64,000 nt of DNA, taken from the NCBI GenBank assembly GCA_016192135.1, contig JACPUR010000013.1, forward strand, positions 204,277 to 268,276. The letters run 5' to 3'. A program made the translations under genes and the position numbers. Of this stretch, positions 19,304 through 28,934 are shown piece after piece. Source of the stretch: Candidatus Tectimicrobiota bacterium (GTDB taxonomy: Bacteria; UBA8248). Below the pieces are notes generated by a model. That model was given only the letters and a program-made list of their open reading frames with translations, had not been told where the DNA came from and did no database searches. How positions within the stretch are numbered: the stretch's first letter is position 1; every line of letters begins with the position of its first letter.

Positions 19304-20221
19304 CTATCTCCTCGAGATTCGCGGGTCCAGCCAAGCCACGACGATGTCGGCGACCGTGTTCGCGGCGACGATGAAAATCGCCAAGTAGAACGTCGCGGCC
19401 TGGACCACGGGAAAATCCGCGTTGTAGATGGAGGAAACCACCAGGGTGGCCACCCCCGGCCAGGCGAAGACTGTCTCCGTCACCACCGCCCCTCCCATCA
19501 GGCGGCCGAACTGGAGGCCGATGATCGTCACAACGGAGATGGCCGCGTTCCGCAAGGCGTGCCGGAAGAGCACCCCGCGCTCCAGGACGCCCTTGGACCG
19601 AGCCGTTCGGATGTAGTCCTGGTTGAGCACGTCCAGCATCCGCGAGCGGGTAAGCCGCATGATGATGGGCGCCAGGTTGAGCGACAGGGTGACGGCGGGA
19701 AGGATGAGGTGGAGGTAGGTGCCGCTTCCCGACACGGGCAGCACCTTGAGCTGCACCGCAAAGATGATGATGAGCATGATGCCGAACCAAAAGATGGGCA
19801 TGGCCTGGCCGCTCACGGCGAAGCTGGTGCAGAAGGTGTCGATCAGGGTATTCCGGCGGAAGGCCGCGAAGACACCCAGGGGGATGGCCACCGCGAGCGC
19901 GATGGCCATGCCCGCGAGGCTGAGCTCGAGGGTGGCCGGCATGCGCTCCCAGATGAGCTGAGAAGCCGGCTGGGCCATCACGAAGGAGTCGCCGAAATCC
20001 CCCTGGAGGAGCCTTCCCATGAAAAAGGCGAACTGGACGGGTAGCGGCTGGTCGAATCCCATGGCCTTGCGGAGGGTTTCGATCTCCTCCTTGGTGGATT
20101 CCGGCGGGAGCAGAACGTAGACGGGGTCGTGCGCGATCCGAAGAAGAAGGAAGGTGACCACCGCTACGCCGAGGCAGACCAGGACGGACTGCCCGATCCG
20201 GCGGATGATGAACGCCCGCAT
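19304..20221 (-). CDS. dppB: Dipeptide/oligopeptide/nickel ABC permease (DppB-like)
   Basis: GDFGDS, RMPATLELS, DYIRTARSKG, HALRNA, ETVFAWPG. Confidence 0.9.
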   Translation of the reverse strand: MRAFIIRRIGQSVLVCLGVAVVTFLLLRIAHDPVYVLLPPESTKEEIETLRKAMGFDQPLPVQFAFFMGRLLQGDFGDSFVMAQPASQLIWERMPATLELSLAGMAIALAVAIPLGVFAAFRRNTLIDTFCTSFAVSGQAMPIFWFGIMLIIIFAVQLKVLPVSGSGTYLHLILPAVTLSLNLAPIIMRLTRSRMLDVLNQDYIRTARSKGVLERGVLFRHALRNAAISVVTIIGLQFGRLMGGAVVTETVFAWPGVATLVVSSIYNADFPVVQAATFYLAIFIVAANTVADIVVAWLDPRISRR

Positions 20222-20317
20222 GAGCGCCTCCCCGGCCTTACGGCCCCGCCGATGGAGAGCTCCGCCGGACGCCGGAGCGCGCCCGACGGGGATATGATCG
20301 GCCCAGCCGCGAACCGG

Positions 20318-21865
20318 CTACTTTTTCCACTTGGCCTCGTAGAGGCGCAGGATCTCGTCCCCCGCGGGCTCGAACTCCAGGTCCTTGTTCACACCCACGA
20401 TTTCGTGCTGGCCGTACATGGGCACCGCCAGCATCTCGTCCAGGATGATCTTCTGGGCGCGCGCGTAGATCTGCTTCCGCCGCTCGGCGTCGACCGTGGA
20501 AACTCCGGCGTCGATCTCCTTGTCAAGCGCGGGCACCTTGGCGTAGCTCAAGGGGTCCTTCGAATGAAAGATGGGAAGAAGTATCTGATGGGCGTCGAAG
20601 ATCGATCGGCTGCCCCAACTGGCGAGCGTGAGGTCCCCGCGCTTCCCGCCCGTTCCCATCTTGGTATAGACCCCGACGTTGTCGAAGTGGAATATCTTGG
20701 TCTCAATGCCGACCTGCTTCAGGTCCGCCAGGATCGCCTCGGCCACCTGCCGCTCCGCCATGACAGAGCCGCTGTAGGTGTGCAGGGTGACAGAAAAACC
20801 GTTGGGGTAGCCCGCCTCGGCGAGGAGTTTCTTGGCCAGGGCGGGGTCGTGCTTGGGCGGTTTCGCCGAGTCGTCGTAACCGAAGGCCAGTGGGCTGATC
20901 CCCGTGGCGCTGCGCATGGCCCGGCCCTGGAGGATGTGCTTGATGATGGCGTCCACGTTCACGGCGTGGGCGATGGCCCGGCGGACCCGCAGGTCCCGCA
21001 GCGCCTTGTGCGATCGGGAGTCCCGGCCCGCCTGATCGATCTGGAGATAGACCACCCGGAGGACGGGCGCCGACTTCACCACGGCCGTCCCCGACTTGTT
21101 GATGAACTCCGCCTGGTCGGGGGGGACCTGCCGGATGACGTGGACGCCTCCCCTAAGGAGCTCGGCTATCTGGGTGGCGGATTCCTTGATGGGCCGGATC
21201 ACCAGGTTCTTGATCGCCGGCTTCTCGCCCCAATAGTCGTCGTTGCGGACCAGGACGAGGCTCACCCCCTTCTTCCAGCTGACGAACTTGTAGGGGCCCG
21301 TCCCGATGGCCCGGGCGGCCATCCCCGACTTGCCCGCCTTCTTCGCGTGTTCGGGAGGAACGGGCAGGATGGCGGTCAGCAATTCTTCGACGAGAGGGAA
21401 AGGCTTTTTCGTGAGGATGTGGACCGTGTAGGGCTCCTTGACGACCACTTCCGAGACCCAGGTGGCATTCCCGCGATTGAGGAATTTGTTCGCGGGGTCT
21501 TTCATGGAGTCAATGGTGTATTTGACGGCCTCGGCGTTGAAGGGCTCGCCGTTGTGGAACTTCACGCCCCGGCGGAGCTTGACCTCCCAAGTAAGCTCGT
21601 CCACGGGCTTCACCGAGAGGGCCAGGGCCGGCTTCACCTTCCCCGTCCTCGAGTCGCGCCGCAGGATGGGATCATAGACGTGCCAGTCCTTGATGATGCC
21701 CACGCGGGCCCGGTGGTCGCGCGGATCCATCGTGGGCTGCGGCGAGCCCAGCGCCATGACGACGGTGTCGTCGCTCTTGGCCGCCTGGGAGGCCCCGGGC
21801 CAGCCGGCAAGCAAGAGAGCGAGCGCCGCGAGGGCCGGCGCGCATCCTGCCGCAAATCGTCTCAT
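20318..21865 (-). CDS. Family 5 (DppA/OppA-like) ABC substrate-binding protein
   Basis: LRRGVKFHNGEPFNAEAVKYTI, IGTGPYKF, RVRRAIAHAVN, AKKLLAEAGYPNGF; signal peptide. ATG 21865 after GGGGAG. Confidence 0.92.
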   Translation of the reverse strand: MRRFAAGCAPALAALALLLAGWPGASQAAKSDDTVVMALGSPQPTMDPRDHRARVGIIKDWHVYDPILRRDSRTGKVKPALALSVKPVDELTWEVKLRRGVKFHNGEPFNAEAVKYTIDSMKDPANKFLNRGNATWVSEVVVKEPYTVHILTKKPFPLVEELLTAILPVPPEHAKKAGKSGMAARAIGTGPYKFVSWKKGVSLVLVRNDDYWGEKPAIKNLVIRPIKESATQIAELLRGGVHVIRQVPPDQAEFINKSGTAVVKSAPVLRVVYLQIDQAGRDSRSHKALRDLRVRRAIAHAVNVDAIIKHILQGRAMRSATGISPLAFGYDDSAKPPKHDPALAKKLLAEAGYPNGFSVTLHTYSGSVMAERQVAEAILADLKQVGIETKIFHFDNVGVYTKMGTGGKRGDLTLASWGSRSIFDAHQILLPIFHSKDPLSYAKVPALDKEIDAGVSTVDAERRKQIYARAQKIILDEMLAVPMYGQHEIVGVNKDLEFEPAGDEILRLYEAKWKK

Positions 21866-21963
21866 GTCGGATTCTCCCCTGATGAGGCTCGTGGATGGGT
21901 CCGGGGCTCCCTTGCCGCTCTCCGCGCAAGGGGCAATCTCATTTTTTCGAGGATTCAAGAGAA

Positions 21964-21974
21964 TTGTATACCAA
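21964..21974. promoter_or_regulatory. Possible GntR-type operator overlapping a -10 element upstream of the dpp-like operon
   Basis: Near-palindrome TTGTATACCAA about 100 bp upstream of the binding-protein start. Confidence 0.35.
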
Positions 21975-22242
21975 GCGGAGCGAAAAAGCGTGTCCCCTAA
22001 AAGCGGCGGCCCGCCTGGCCGGCCAAAAGAAAACAGGTCGCGGCCACATCTGCAATTCTTTGATTTCGCTTCGTAAAGGACCTTGCTCAGCCAGCGGTAC
22101 CTGCGCCGGGCTCCTTCCCGCAACCGCCGCCGGCAGGAGATTCATGCAGGGACCCCGCTTCGTCAGCCTTTATCTGGCAGAGAACAATCTTTCCGGAAGG
22201 ACGGCGCATGCGGTTCCAGTGACCGCGCGAAACGGAAACAGT

Positions 22243-22280
22243 CCGGCCGCCGCCTCGCTTCAAGGGGAGGCGGCGGCCGG
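22243..22280 (-). terminator. GC-rich 14-bp inverted repeat, possible terminator of the TAXI/CoA operon
   Basis: CCGGCCGCCGCCTC-N10-GAGGCGGCGGCCGG, followed on the minus strand by ACTGTTT (weak U-tract). About 210 bp after the citE-like stop. Confidence 0.5.
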
Positions 22281-22304
22281 CGGAAAGGCGCTGCCGGATA
22301 GCTG

Positions 22305-22433
22305 GTGGCTCAAACGGGCATCCGCCTCACAGCTTTGAAACCCCAGCATGCATTGCGGCGGGACGCCCGGGCCGTCCAGAACACGGGCGACATCCATCAG
22401 CGAGATGTCGCGGGCGGAACACGCCAAGGCGAA
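22305..22433 (-). pseudogene. Probable remnant of an Rrf2-family transcriptional regulator
   Basis: Intergenic frame reads FALACSARDISLMDVARVLDGPGVPPQCMLGFQSC, resembling the Rrf2 wing and Cys region. No start or HTH N-terminus seen. Confidence 0.5.
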
Positions 22434-22491
22434 CCTCTGCCATAAGAGGGAATCAGACCGGGGGAAATTGCACGGCCCCAGATAAGGGACT

Positions 22492-23343
22492 CTAGGAGGA
22501 AAGCAACTCCCTCGCGTTCTTATACATGGCGTAATCGACCAGCTTGCCTTCAAAGGAAATGGCGGCCAAGCCTCTCGACTCGGCTTCCTCGAAGGCCGCG
22601 ACAAGCCTTCTGCTGTATTCGAGTTCCTCGGGCTTGGGCGCATAAATCCCGCGGGCGATGGAGATGTGACGGGGGTGAATGAGAGGACGGCCATCGTAGC
22701 CGAGGCGCCTGGAGAGGATGCAATCGGCCTTCAGGGCCTCGTCATTTTGGATATCGCTGAAAACCCCGTCCAGCACATACTTGACCCCGGCGGCCCTGGC
22801 CTCAAGAACCACCTTGGAGCGCGCATAGAGCATCTCCGTCCCTTCAAGGGACCAGGCGCATTTGAGACTGCGCTGCAAATCGGCCCCCTCGGCGCCTCCG
22901 AAGACGACGCTCTCGACCCGCTTCGCCGCGGTTGCCACCTCAAAGCACCGCAGAACGGAGAGCGCCGTCTCCATCAGGAGCATCAGCTTTACGGAATTGG
23001 GCTCGAGATTCCTCTCCCGTTCGAGGCTTCCGATAATGCCGTCGGCCTTCTTTACCAAGTCCACGCTGTCCGGCTTGGGAAGCGTGATGCCGCATATATG
23101 CCTGGAAACAACCGCCTTGAGATCATCCTCCAGGAATTCGGGCTCGCCGTTCACCCTTACGAAGGATTGTACATTCAGGGCGGGGATGAGCTTTGCCACC
23201 TCGTGCCGGGTCTTTTCTTTCAGATGGACGGGCACGGCGTCCTCTAGGTCGATGATGATGGCGTCGGGATCATACTTGTATGCCTTTTCGACAAGGTCCG
23301 GTCTGTTGCCGGGCGTGTAGAGGGTTACGAGCGGCTTTCTCAT
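22492..23343 (-). CDS. CitE/HpcH-HpaI family CoA-ester lyase (citryl/malyl/citramalyl-CoA lyase-like)
   Basis: LYTPGNRP, IIDLEDAVP, FVRVN, LPK, MET, RLGYDG..IHP. Confidence 0.9.
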   Translation of the reverse strand: MRKPLVTLYTPGNRPDLVEKAYKYDPDAIIIDLEDAVPVHLKEKTRHEVAKLIPALNVQSFVRVNGEPEFLEDDLKAVVSRHICGITLPKPDSVDLVKKADGIIGSLERERNLEPNSVKLMLLMETALSVLRCFEVATAAKRVESVVFGGAEGADLQRSLKCAWSLEGTEMLYARSKVVLEARAAGVKYVLDGVFSDIQNDEALKADCILSRRLGYDGRPLIHPRHISIARGIYAPKPEELEYSRRLVAAFEEAESRGLAAISFEGKLVDYAMYKNARELLSS

Positions 23344-23401
23344 TTCCTCCCCCCGCAGAATCCGATTGTCGGAATTCCGGGCATCCAGGCGGTCCTTCCT
23401 T

Positions 23402-25267
23402 TCAGGAACTCTTCACCTCCAGGCTGGGCCTCTGCGCCAATCGTATCCGCCACTCAAAGCCCACCGCGAGGACAAAAAACGCCATCCCGACGAGACGGAT
23501 CCCCGTCGCCGGAAATATCAGAAGCGCGGCTAACACCACGCAAAATGCCCTTTCCCACGGCTGGAGCGGCCGGTGCGTGTGCCCCTCCGCCGCCGCCGCA
23601 AAGGCATACAGGCTGCAGGCAATGGCCAGGCCGGCGAAGAGGATCTCGGTGAGGGTCCCATTGATGATCGTTCCATACGCCATCAGAACCGGTATCACAT
23701 AGAGCCCGATACCAAGCCTCACCGCATACCATCCGATTCGGCTGGCGCTCGCGCCGGCGATACCGCTCGCCACGAATGCGCCGACGGCGACCGGCGGGGT
23801 CCAGAGAGCGGCCAAGCTGTACCACATGATGATCAGATGCGCATTGAAGAGAGGAAGCCCAAGCTCGACCAGCCCTGGCACCGCGATAACCGCCAGGATG
23901 ATGTATGCCGCAATCATGGGGATACCCATGCCGAAGACATATGAGGTGATGATCATCAAGAAGAGCATCGCCAGGAGATTCCCCTGGGAGAGCATCACCG
24001 CGAAGGAGGCCACCTTGAGGGGGAGGCCGGGCAATACCAGCATGGACACGATGACTCCGATGGCCCCCGCGCTGGCCCCGACCGAAAGCTGTAGCTTGGC
24101 GCCATCGCCGAAGGTGAGAAAGGTCTCGGTCAGATTCATCCTGTCCGTGCCATAGGGCCGGATGAAATGCAGGAGGATGGTGGCGGCGATGGCCCAGAGC
24201 GCAGCCCTGTAGGGGCTCAGCCCCCCGAAGATCAGGATGAAGACCAGAGCGATGGGGATCAGCATGTGCCATCCCTTTCGCATGACCTCTGCCATCGGCG
24301 CCGCGTCCCTCACTTCGGGGATTCCCAGCTTGTGCGAGAGGAAATGAACCTGAATATAGATGCCCCAGTAGAAAAGCAGGGCGGGCAGGAAGGAATAGAG
24401 GGCGACCTTGCCATAGGGTATTTCGGTGAAGGAGGCCAGCACGAAGGCGGCCGACCCCATGATGGGCGGCATGAGCACGCCGCCCGCCGATGCCACGGTC
24501 TCAATCGCCCCCGCCACATGGGCGGGATATCCCACCTTCTTCATCACGGGTATCGTGAAGGAGCCGGTTACGGCGACGTTGGCCGCCCCGCTTCCCATGA
24601 TCATCCCCACCGCTCCGCTCGAAACCACAGCGGTCTTGGCGGCTCCCCCCTTGAGACGGCCGACAAGCGTGTTGGACAGTTCAAGGAGAAAGGCGCTCAT
24701 GCCGCAGGCTTGAATGACCGCTCCGAATATCACAAAAAGCATTACATAGGTGGCGTAGACGCCGGTGATGCTCCCATAAATCCCGTCGAAGCTGAAGATC
24801 TGGCCGATGGCGCGGGCATAAGTGAACCCGCGGTGCCCGAGCGCCCCCGGGATCACGAACCCCCAAAGCACATATGCCAATCCCGCGACCGACAGGATAG
24901 GGAGCGATAGGCCCAACACCCGGCGGCACGCCTCGATGCTCAGGACGAGGGCGACCGTGCCCATCACCATATCCTTCGGCCGCATCAGTCCCGGCTTCTC
25001 GATGTAGTATTCATATTCCATGAAAAAGAATACGGTCATGACAAGAGTCAGCGCGCCGAGAAAAACGTCGACGGCCGAAATCCGGCTCCTAGGGGAGGTC
25101 GCCGAGGCGGGGTAAAGGGAGAACACGAGGATATAGCAGAGGCAGATGTAAATCGGGCGCGTGACATAGAAAGGAAGAGTGACCGCGGTCGCGTACACGA
25201 AAAAGAGCGCGAATCCCGCCGCGGTCAGATTAACAAAAGAACGCTCAAAGCCTTGAAGTTGCCGCAT
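23402..25267 (-). CDS. TRAP transporter fused 4TM/12TM permease (TAXI-associated)
   Basis: GGAAKTAVVSS, GSGAANVAVTGSFTIP, ETVASAGGVLMPPIMGSAAF, TPPVAV. Confidence 0.92.
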   Translation of the reverse strand: MRQLQGFERSFVNLTAAGFALFFVYATAVTLPFYVTRPIYICLCYILVFSLYPASATSPRSRISAVDVFLGALTLVMTVFFFMEYEYYIEKPGLMRPKDMVMGTVALVLSIEACRRVLGLSLPILSVAGLAYVLWGFVIPGALGHRGFTYARAIGQIFSFDGIYGSITGVYATYVMLFVIFGAVIQACGMSAFLLELSNTLVGRLKGGAAKTAVVSSGAVGMIMGSGAANVAVTGSFTIPVMKKVGYPAHVAGAIETVASAGGVLMPPIMGSAAFVLASFTEIPYGKVALYSFLPALLFYWGIYIQVHFLSHKLGIPEVRDAAPMAEVMRKGWHMLIPIALVFILIFGGLSPYRAALWAIAATILLHFIRPYGTDRMNLTETFLTFGDGAKLQLSVGASAGAIGVIVSMLVLPGLPLKVASFAVMLSQGNLLAMLFLMIITSYVFGMGIPMIAAYIILAVIAVPGLVELGLPLFNAHLIIMWYSLAALWTPPVAVGAFVASGIAGASASRIGWYAVRLGIGLYVIPVLMAYGTIINGTLTEILFAGLAIACSLYAFAAAAEGHTHRPLQPWERAFCVVLAALLIFPATGIRLVGMAFFVLAVGFEWRIRLAQRPSLEVKSS

Positions 25268-25356
25268 CCCCTATGGCCCGCCCTCCTTCGGCGGCGTACC
25301 CCGCGAACGAAATCCGCTGACATTCCGTCAGTCCAGCCTTGCATCCTTTTTCGCGT

Positions 25357-26343
25357 TCAGGGCAATAGCGCAGAAGGGATACTCACCCCCTTCTCCTTCC
25401 AGTACCTCACGGCCCCGGGGTGCAGCTTCAGGCCTTCGAGGGCGAAGGCCCCTTTTTCCTCGATGTAGGTCTTGGTGTTCCACATGTTCCAAAGCCTGTG
25501 ATTCCGCTTGAGATATGTGACCCCTTCGGGGCTCAGGTTGACCTTCAGCAGCTCGTGGACCGCCTCCTCCGGCACTCCCTTGTGGGCGACGATGTAGCCC
25601 AGGTAGCCGAGCACCGGCACGTCTTTCTTGAGCCAATCGTAGGCGCCGGCGGGAATCGTATCGAGGAAAACGGGGGCCAATTTCTGGATTTTCTTGAGAC
25701 GTTCCATGTCGAGAGGAAGGATGTTGATTTTCTTCTGGGCGCCGGCCTGCATGACCGCGGGGTAGGGCGCCGGGCCTCCCATGAATGCATCAACCTGGCC
25801 GTCGACGAACGCCCGGCTGCTCTCCTCGTAGGAGAGACGGAGGATCTTGACCTTGCTCCTGACTTCGTAGGCGTCCAGGATGAGCAGCCCCAGGTCGGCA
25901 ATCGCGCTGCCCGGAGGCCCAATGCTCACCGTCTTCCCCGCCAGTTCGGGGACAGAGTTGATCCCCTCTCTCGCGTTCCAGCTCACGTTCGTGCCATGGG
26001 TCACGGCCACTCCGCGCAGGTCCTTGTAAGGAGACTCGCCTTTGTAGGGCCCCAGGCCGCGGAAGGCCTGGAAGATCTGTATTCCGCCCGTGAACGCAAG
26101 ATGGCTCTCGCCGCGCCCGACGAGCCTGATGTTCTCGACAAATCCGGCCGAGGTTTCGGCGGTGATCCGCAGCAGCTTCGTCTTGGTATTCGTATTCTCG
26201 GCAACGCCCGCCGCCAGCGTATAGGCAAGCGAGGCGGGGCCCGCGCCTGCCAGCCCGATTTCGAATTTCGCCGCGAAGGCGATTGTGGCCGCGGTCAACA
26301 GCATGACGGAAAAAATAACGGTTCCGATTCCCACTCTCTTCAT
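25357..26343 (-). CDS. TAXI-family TRAP solute-binding protein
   Basis: Signal peptide; ETSAGFVENIRLV, LAGKTVSIGPPGS, DGQVDAF, LHPGAVRYWKEKG. Confidence 0.9.
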   Translation of the reverse strand: MKRVGIGTVIFSVMLLTAATIAFAAKFEIGLAGAGPASLAYTLAAGVAENTNTKTKLLRITAETSAGFVENIRLVGRGESHLAFTGGIQIFQAFRGLGPYKGESPYKDLRGVAVTHGTNVSWNAREGINSVPELAGKTVSIGPPGSAIADLGLLILDAYEVRSKVKILRLSYEESSRAFVDGQVDAFMGGPAPYPAVMQAGAQKKINILPLDMERLKKIQKLAPVFLDTIPAGAYDWLKKDVPVLGYLGYIVAHKGVPEEAVHELLKVNLSPEGVTYLKRNHRLWNMWNTKTYIEEKGAFALEGLKLHPGAVRYWKEKGVSIPSALLP

Positions 26344-26401
26344 TTCGGCTTCTCCTTCCCGGATGCGGTGGCTGTCCGTTGCGAAGACGGGCCCGGCCGA
26401 G

Positions 26402-27616
26402 TCAAATGATCCCTTCTGCCGCCAAATCGGTCATGTCGAGCTCGGAAAGGCCCAAATGCTTCTTGAAAATTTCATCGTTGTCGGCACCCATGCGTTTTCC
26501 CGCATGGCTCACGGATCCGGGAGTGAGCGTCATCTTGGGAAAGACGCCTTCCATCATCAGCGATTCCTTGTCTTCGTCCGGAACATGAATCACCATCTCC
26601 CTGGCCTTCGCATGGGGGTCTTTGATGATGTCGCGGATGTCATAGATCGGCGCCACGGGGATCTCGCTCTTCCTAAGCAGTCCGACGGTCTGATCCAGCG
26701 TATGCTCCGCCATCCATTTCCCGACGATCGCGTCGAGCGCGTCGACGTTCTTCACCCTGTTCATGTTCGTACTGAAGCGATGATCCCGGATGAGCTCCGG
26801 CTGGCCCATAACGGCGAAAAATTTTGTGGCCATCGTCTGGGTCGAGGCCGCGAGAGCCACCCAGCGTCCGTCCTTCGTCCTGTAGGTGTTCCTCGGGGCG
26901 CTCGCGGCCCTGTTGCCGATGCGCTTCGGGGGCTCCCCGGTGAGTTCATACGCGAGCGCATTTGGCCCCACCATCGCGTAAAGGCTCTCCCAGATGCTCA
27001 CATCGATGACCTGGCCCACCCCGGTGCCGACGACGTCGCGGTAATGGACGGCGAACATCGCCGCCAGGGCGCCATGGAACGCGGCAAAGCTGTCGGCGAG
27101 GGCGAATTGAGGAAGGACGGGAGGGCCATCCGGCTCTCCCGTCATCGCGGCGAAGCCGCTCATCGCCTCCATGAGGGTGCCGAAGCCGGGGAAGCTGCTG
27201 TAGGGACCGTACTGGCCGTAGCCCGTCACCCGCACCATGATGAGACGGGGATTGATCCGGGAGAGGTCCTCGTAGCGTATGCCCCATTCCTCGAGCCGGC
27301 CCGGCCTGAAATTCTCGATGAAGATGTCCGCGTCCCGGAGCAGGCGGACGAGAAGCTCGCGCCCTTTCGGCTTGGAGATGTCGAGGGTGATGAACTTCTT
27401 GTTCCGATCGTAGCATTTCCAGAAGGGATTGATCCCATCGACGGAGAAGCCGAACTGCCTCAGGTGGTCGCCCGTCTTTGGGTGTTCCACGTGGATGACT
27501 TCCGCGCCGAAGTCGGCCATGAGCCGGCCGCACAGGGGCGCGGCTATGACCGTCGCGCATTCCACCACCTTCAGGCCCTGAAGGGCGTTGGGCTTCACAC
27601 CATTGTCCGGGATCAT
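26402..27616 (-). CDS. Family III CoA transferase (CaiB/BaiF)
   Basis: LQGLKVVE..IAAP..LMADFGAEVIHVE, RNKK, ADIFIENFRPG, TGYGQYGPY, LADSFAA, GQVIDVS. ATG 27616. Confidence 0.93.
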   Translation of the reverse strand: MIPDNGVKPNALQGLKVVECATVIAAPLCGRLMADFGAEVIHVEHPKTGDHLRQFGFSVDGINPFWKCYDRNKKFITLDISKPKGRELLVRLLRDADIFIENFRPGRLEEWGIRYEDLSRINPRLIMVRVTGYGQYGPYSSFPGFGTLMEAMSGFAAMTGEPDGPPVLPQFALADSFAAFHGALAAMFAVHYRDVVGTGVGQVIDVSIWESLYAMVGPNALAYELTGEPPKRIGNRAASAPRNTYRTKDGRWVALAASTQTMATKFFAVMGQPELIRDHRFSTNMNRVKNVDALDAIVGKWMAEHTLDQTVGLLRKSEIPVAPIYDIRDIIKDPHAKAREMVIHVPDEDKESLMMEGVFPKMTLTPGSVSHAGKRMGADNDEIFKKHLGLSELDMTDLAAEGII

Positions 27617-27679
27617 CCGCGCCTCTCGCCGTGAGTGCCAAAACCGCCGATTGCCGGCGCCATCGCCCGAGCCCACGCC

Positions 27680-28879
27680 TCAACGGACGACGCATATCTC
27701 CGCAAGCGGGTACCTGTGCAGGTTTTCAATGCCGCTGTCGCTGACGACGGATGTGTCGCCGATCCAGATCCCCGCCGTCTCCGCCTCGTTCACCGGCCAT
27801 GCGACCACATTCACGCAGTGGTTTCTCTCGAAGACGAAGTCGGGGTCGGTGACGGTGTCGCCGGACGCGCGGATGTCCGGAGGAGAGTTGTAGTTCGACC
27901 ATCCGAAGATGCACGTCTTCGGCGTGTAGCCGCCTTTCCGGATGGCGTCGATGCACGGCCGCGCGAGATCACTCCCCTTGATGCCCGGCTTAATCGCGGA
28001 GTGGAGATCCGCGTGCGTCTTCTGGCCCAACCGGAACATCGCCGCGTACTGGGGCGTCGGCTCTCCCACGAAATACGTGCCCCAGATTTTCCCGAAATAT
28101 CCCCCCCACCCGACCGCGATCTCGGTCATGATGACATCGCCCATCTGGATGGGGGTGGTCAGGGCGAGCTGATGGGCATAGATCATGTCCGGATTGCTCA
28201 TGGGGGTCCGTCCCACATGGCCGAAAGGAATCTTCCCATCCATGTCGTGAGCGGCGCGCAGCACGATGTTGTACAGGTCGCAGGGCCGCACCCCCGGGCG
28301 CGTGGCCCGGACCATGAGATCGTAGGCGGCGTCCGTCATGGCCGCCGCCCTGCGCATGTAAGCCATCTCTTCATCGCTCTTGACCAGCCTCAGCCGCTCG
28401 AACCATTCGGTCACTATCTCGAAGTCCGCCTTGGGCAGCGCTCGGGTGATCGCGATGTGATGGTCGTAGGGAAGATTGATGTTGGCCCAGTGCATCGCTC
28501 CGACGATCCCGATGCGCTTCTCGTCGAGGCCTAGCTCCTTGAGCCGATCCGCCACCCGCAGGGGAGTCTGCGCCATGCCTCCGGCGCGCACGTCCTTCAG
28601 GTGGGTGGTCTGCTTCACGTTCTTGAGGTGATTTCCCCACGTCGTGAAGACGGTCGGCTCTCCTTCGAGCGGGAACACGACGTAGGTCTGGACGAATCCG
28701 GCGAAGCTGGCGATGTAGACCACGTTCGGCTGGCCGGGGTCCGTCCCCAGGTAGCCCCCGATCCCATAGACGATGAGGCCATCGAGGCTCTTCGCCCGCA
28801 TGGCGGTCCGGATACGCTCATACCTGGCCGCGTATTCCTCCTTTGAGAACCAAGGCCAAAAGTTGTTTTGGCACTTCAT
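27680..28879 (-). CDS. M24 (creatinase/Xaa-Pro aminopeptidase)-fold protein lacking canonical metal ligands
   Basis: FSKEEYAARYERIR..LDGLIVYG; RLVKSDEEMAYMRRAA; RPGV; C-terminal GDTSVV..GIENLH. ATG 28879. Confidence 0.82.
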   Translation of the reverse strand: MKCQNNFWPWFSKEEYAARYERIRTAMRAKSLDGLIVYGIGGYLGTDPGQPNVVYIASFAGFVQTYVVFPLEGEPTVFTTWGNHLKNVKQTTHLKDVRAGGMAQTPLRVADRLKELGLDEKRIGIVGAMHWANINLPYDHHIAITRALPKADFEIVTEWFERLRLVKSDEEMAYMRRAAAMTDAAYDLMVRATRPGVRPCDLYNIVLRAAHDMDGKIPFGHVGRTPMSNPDMIYAHQLALTTPIQMGDVIMTEIAVGWGGYFGKIWGTYFVGEPTPQYAAMFRLGQKTHADLHSAIKPGIKGSDLARPCIDAIRKGGYTPKTCIFGWSNYNSPPDIRASGDTVTDPDFVFERNHCVNVVAWPVNEAETAGIWIGDTSVVSDSGIENLHRYPLAEICVVR

Positions 28880-28934
28880 GACGCCTTCCTCTCGGCAATA
28901 AAGCGCCTGATGGCGCACGGGCCGATCAGCCGGA

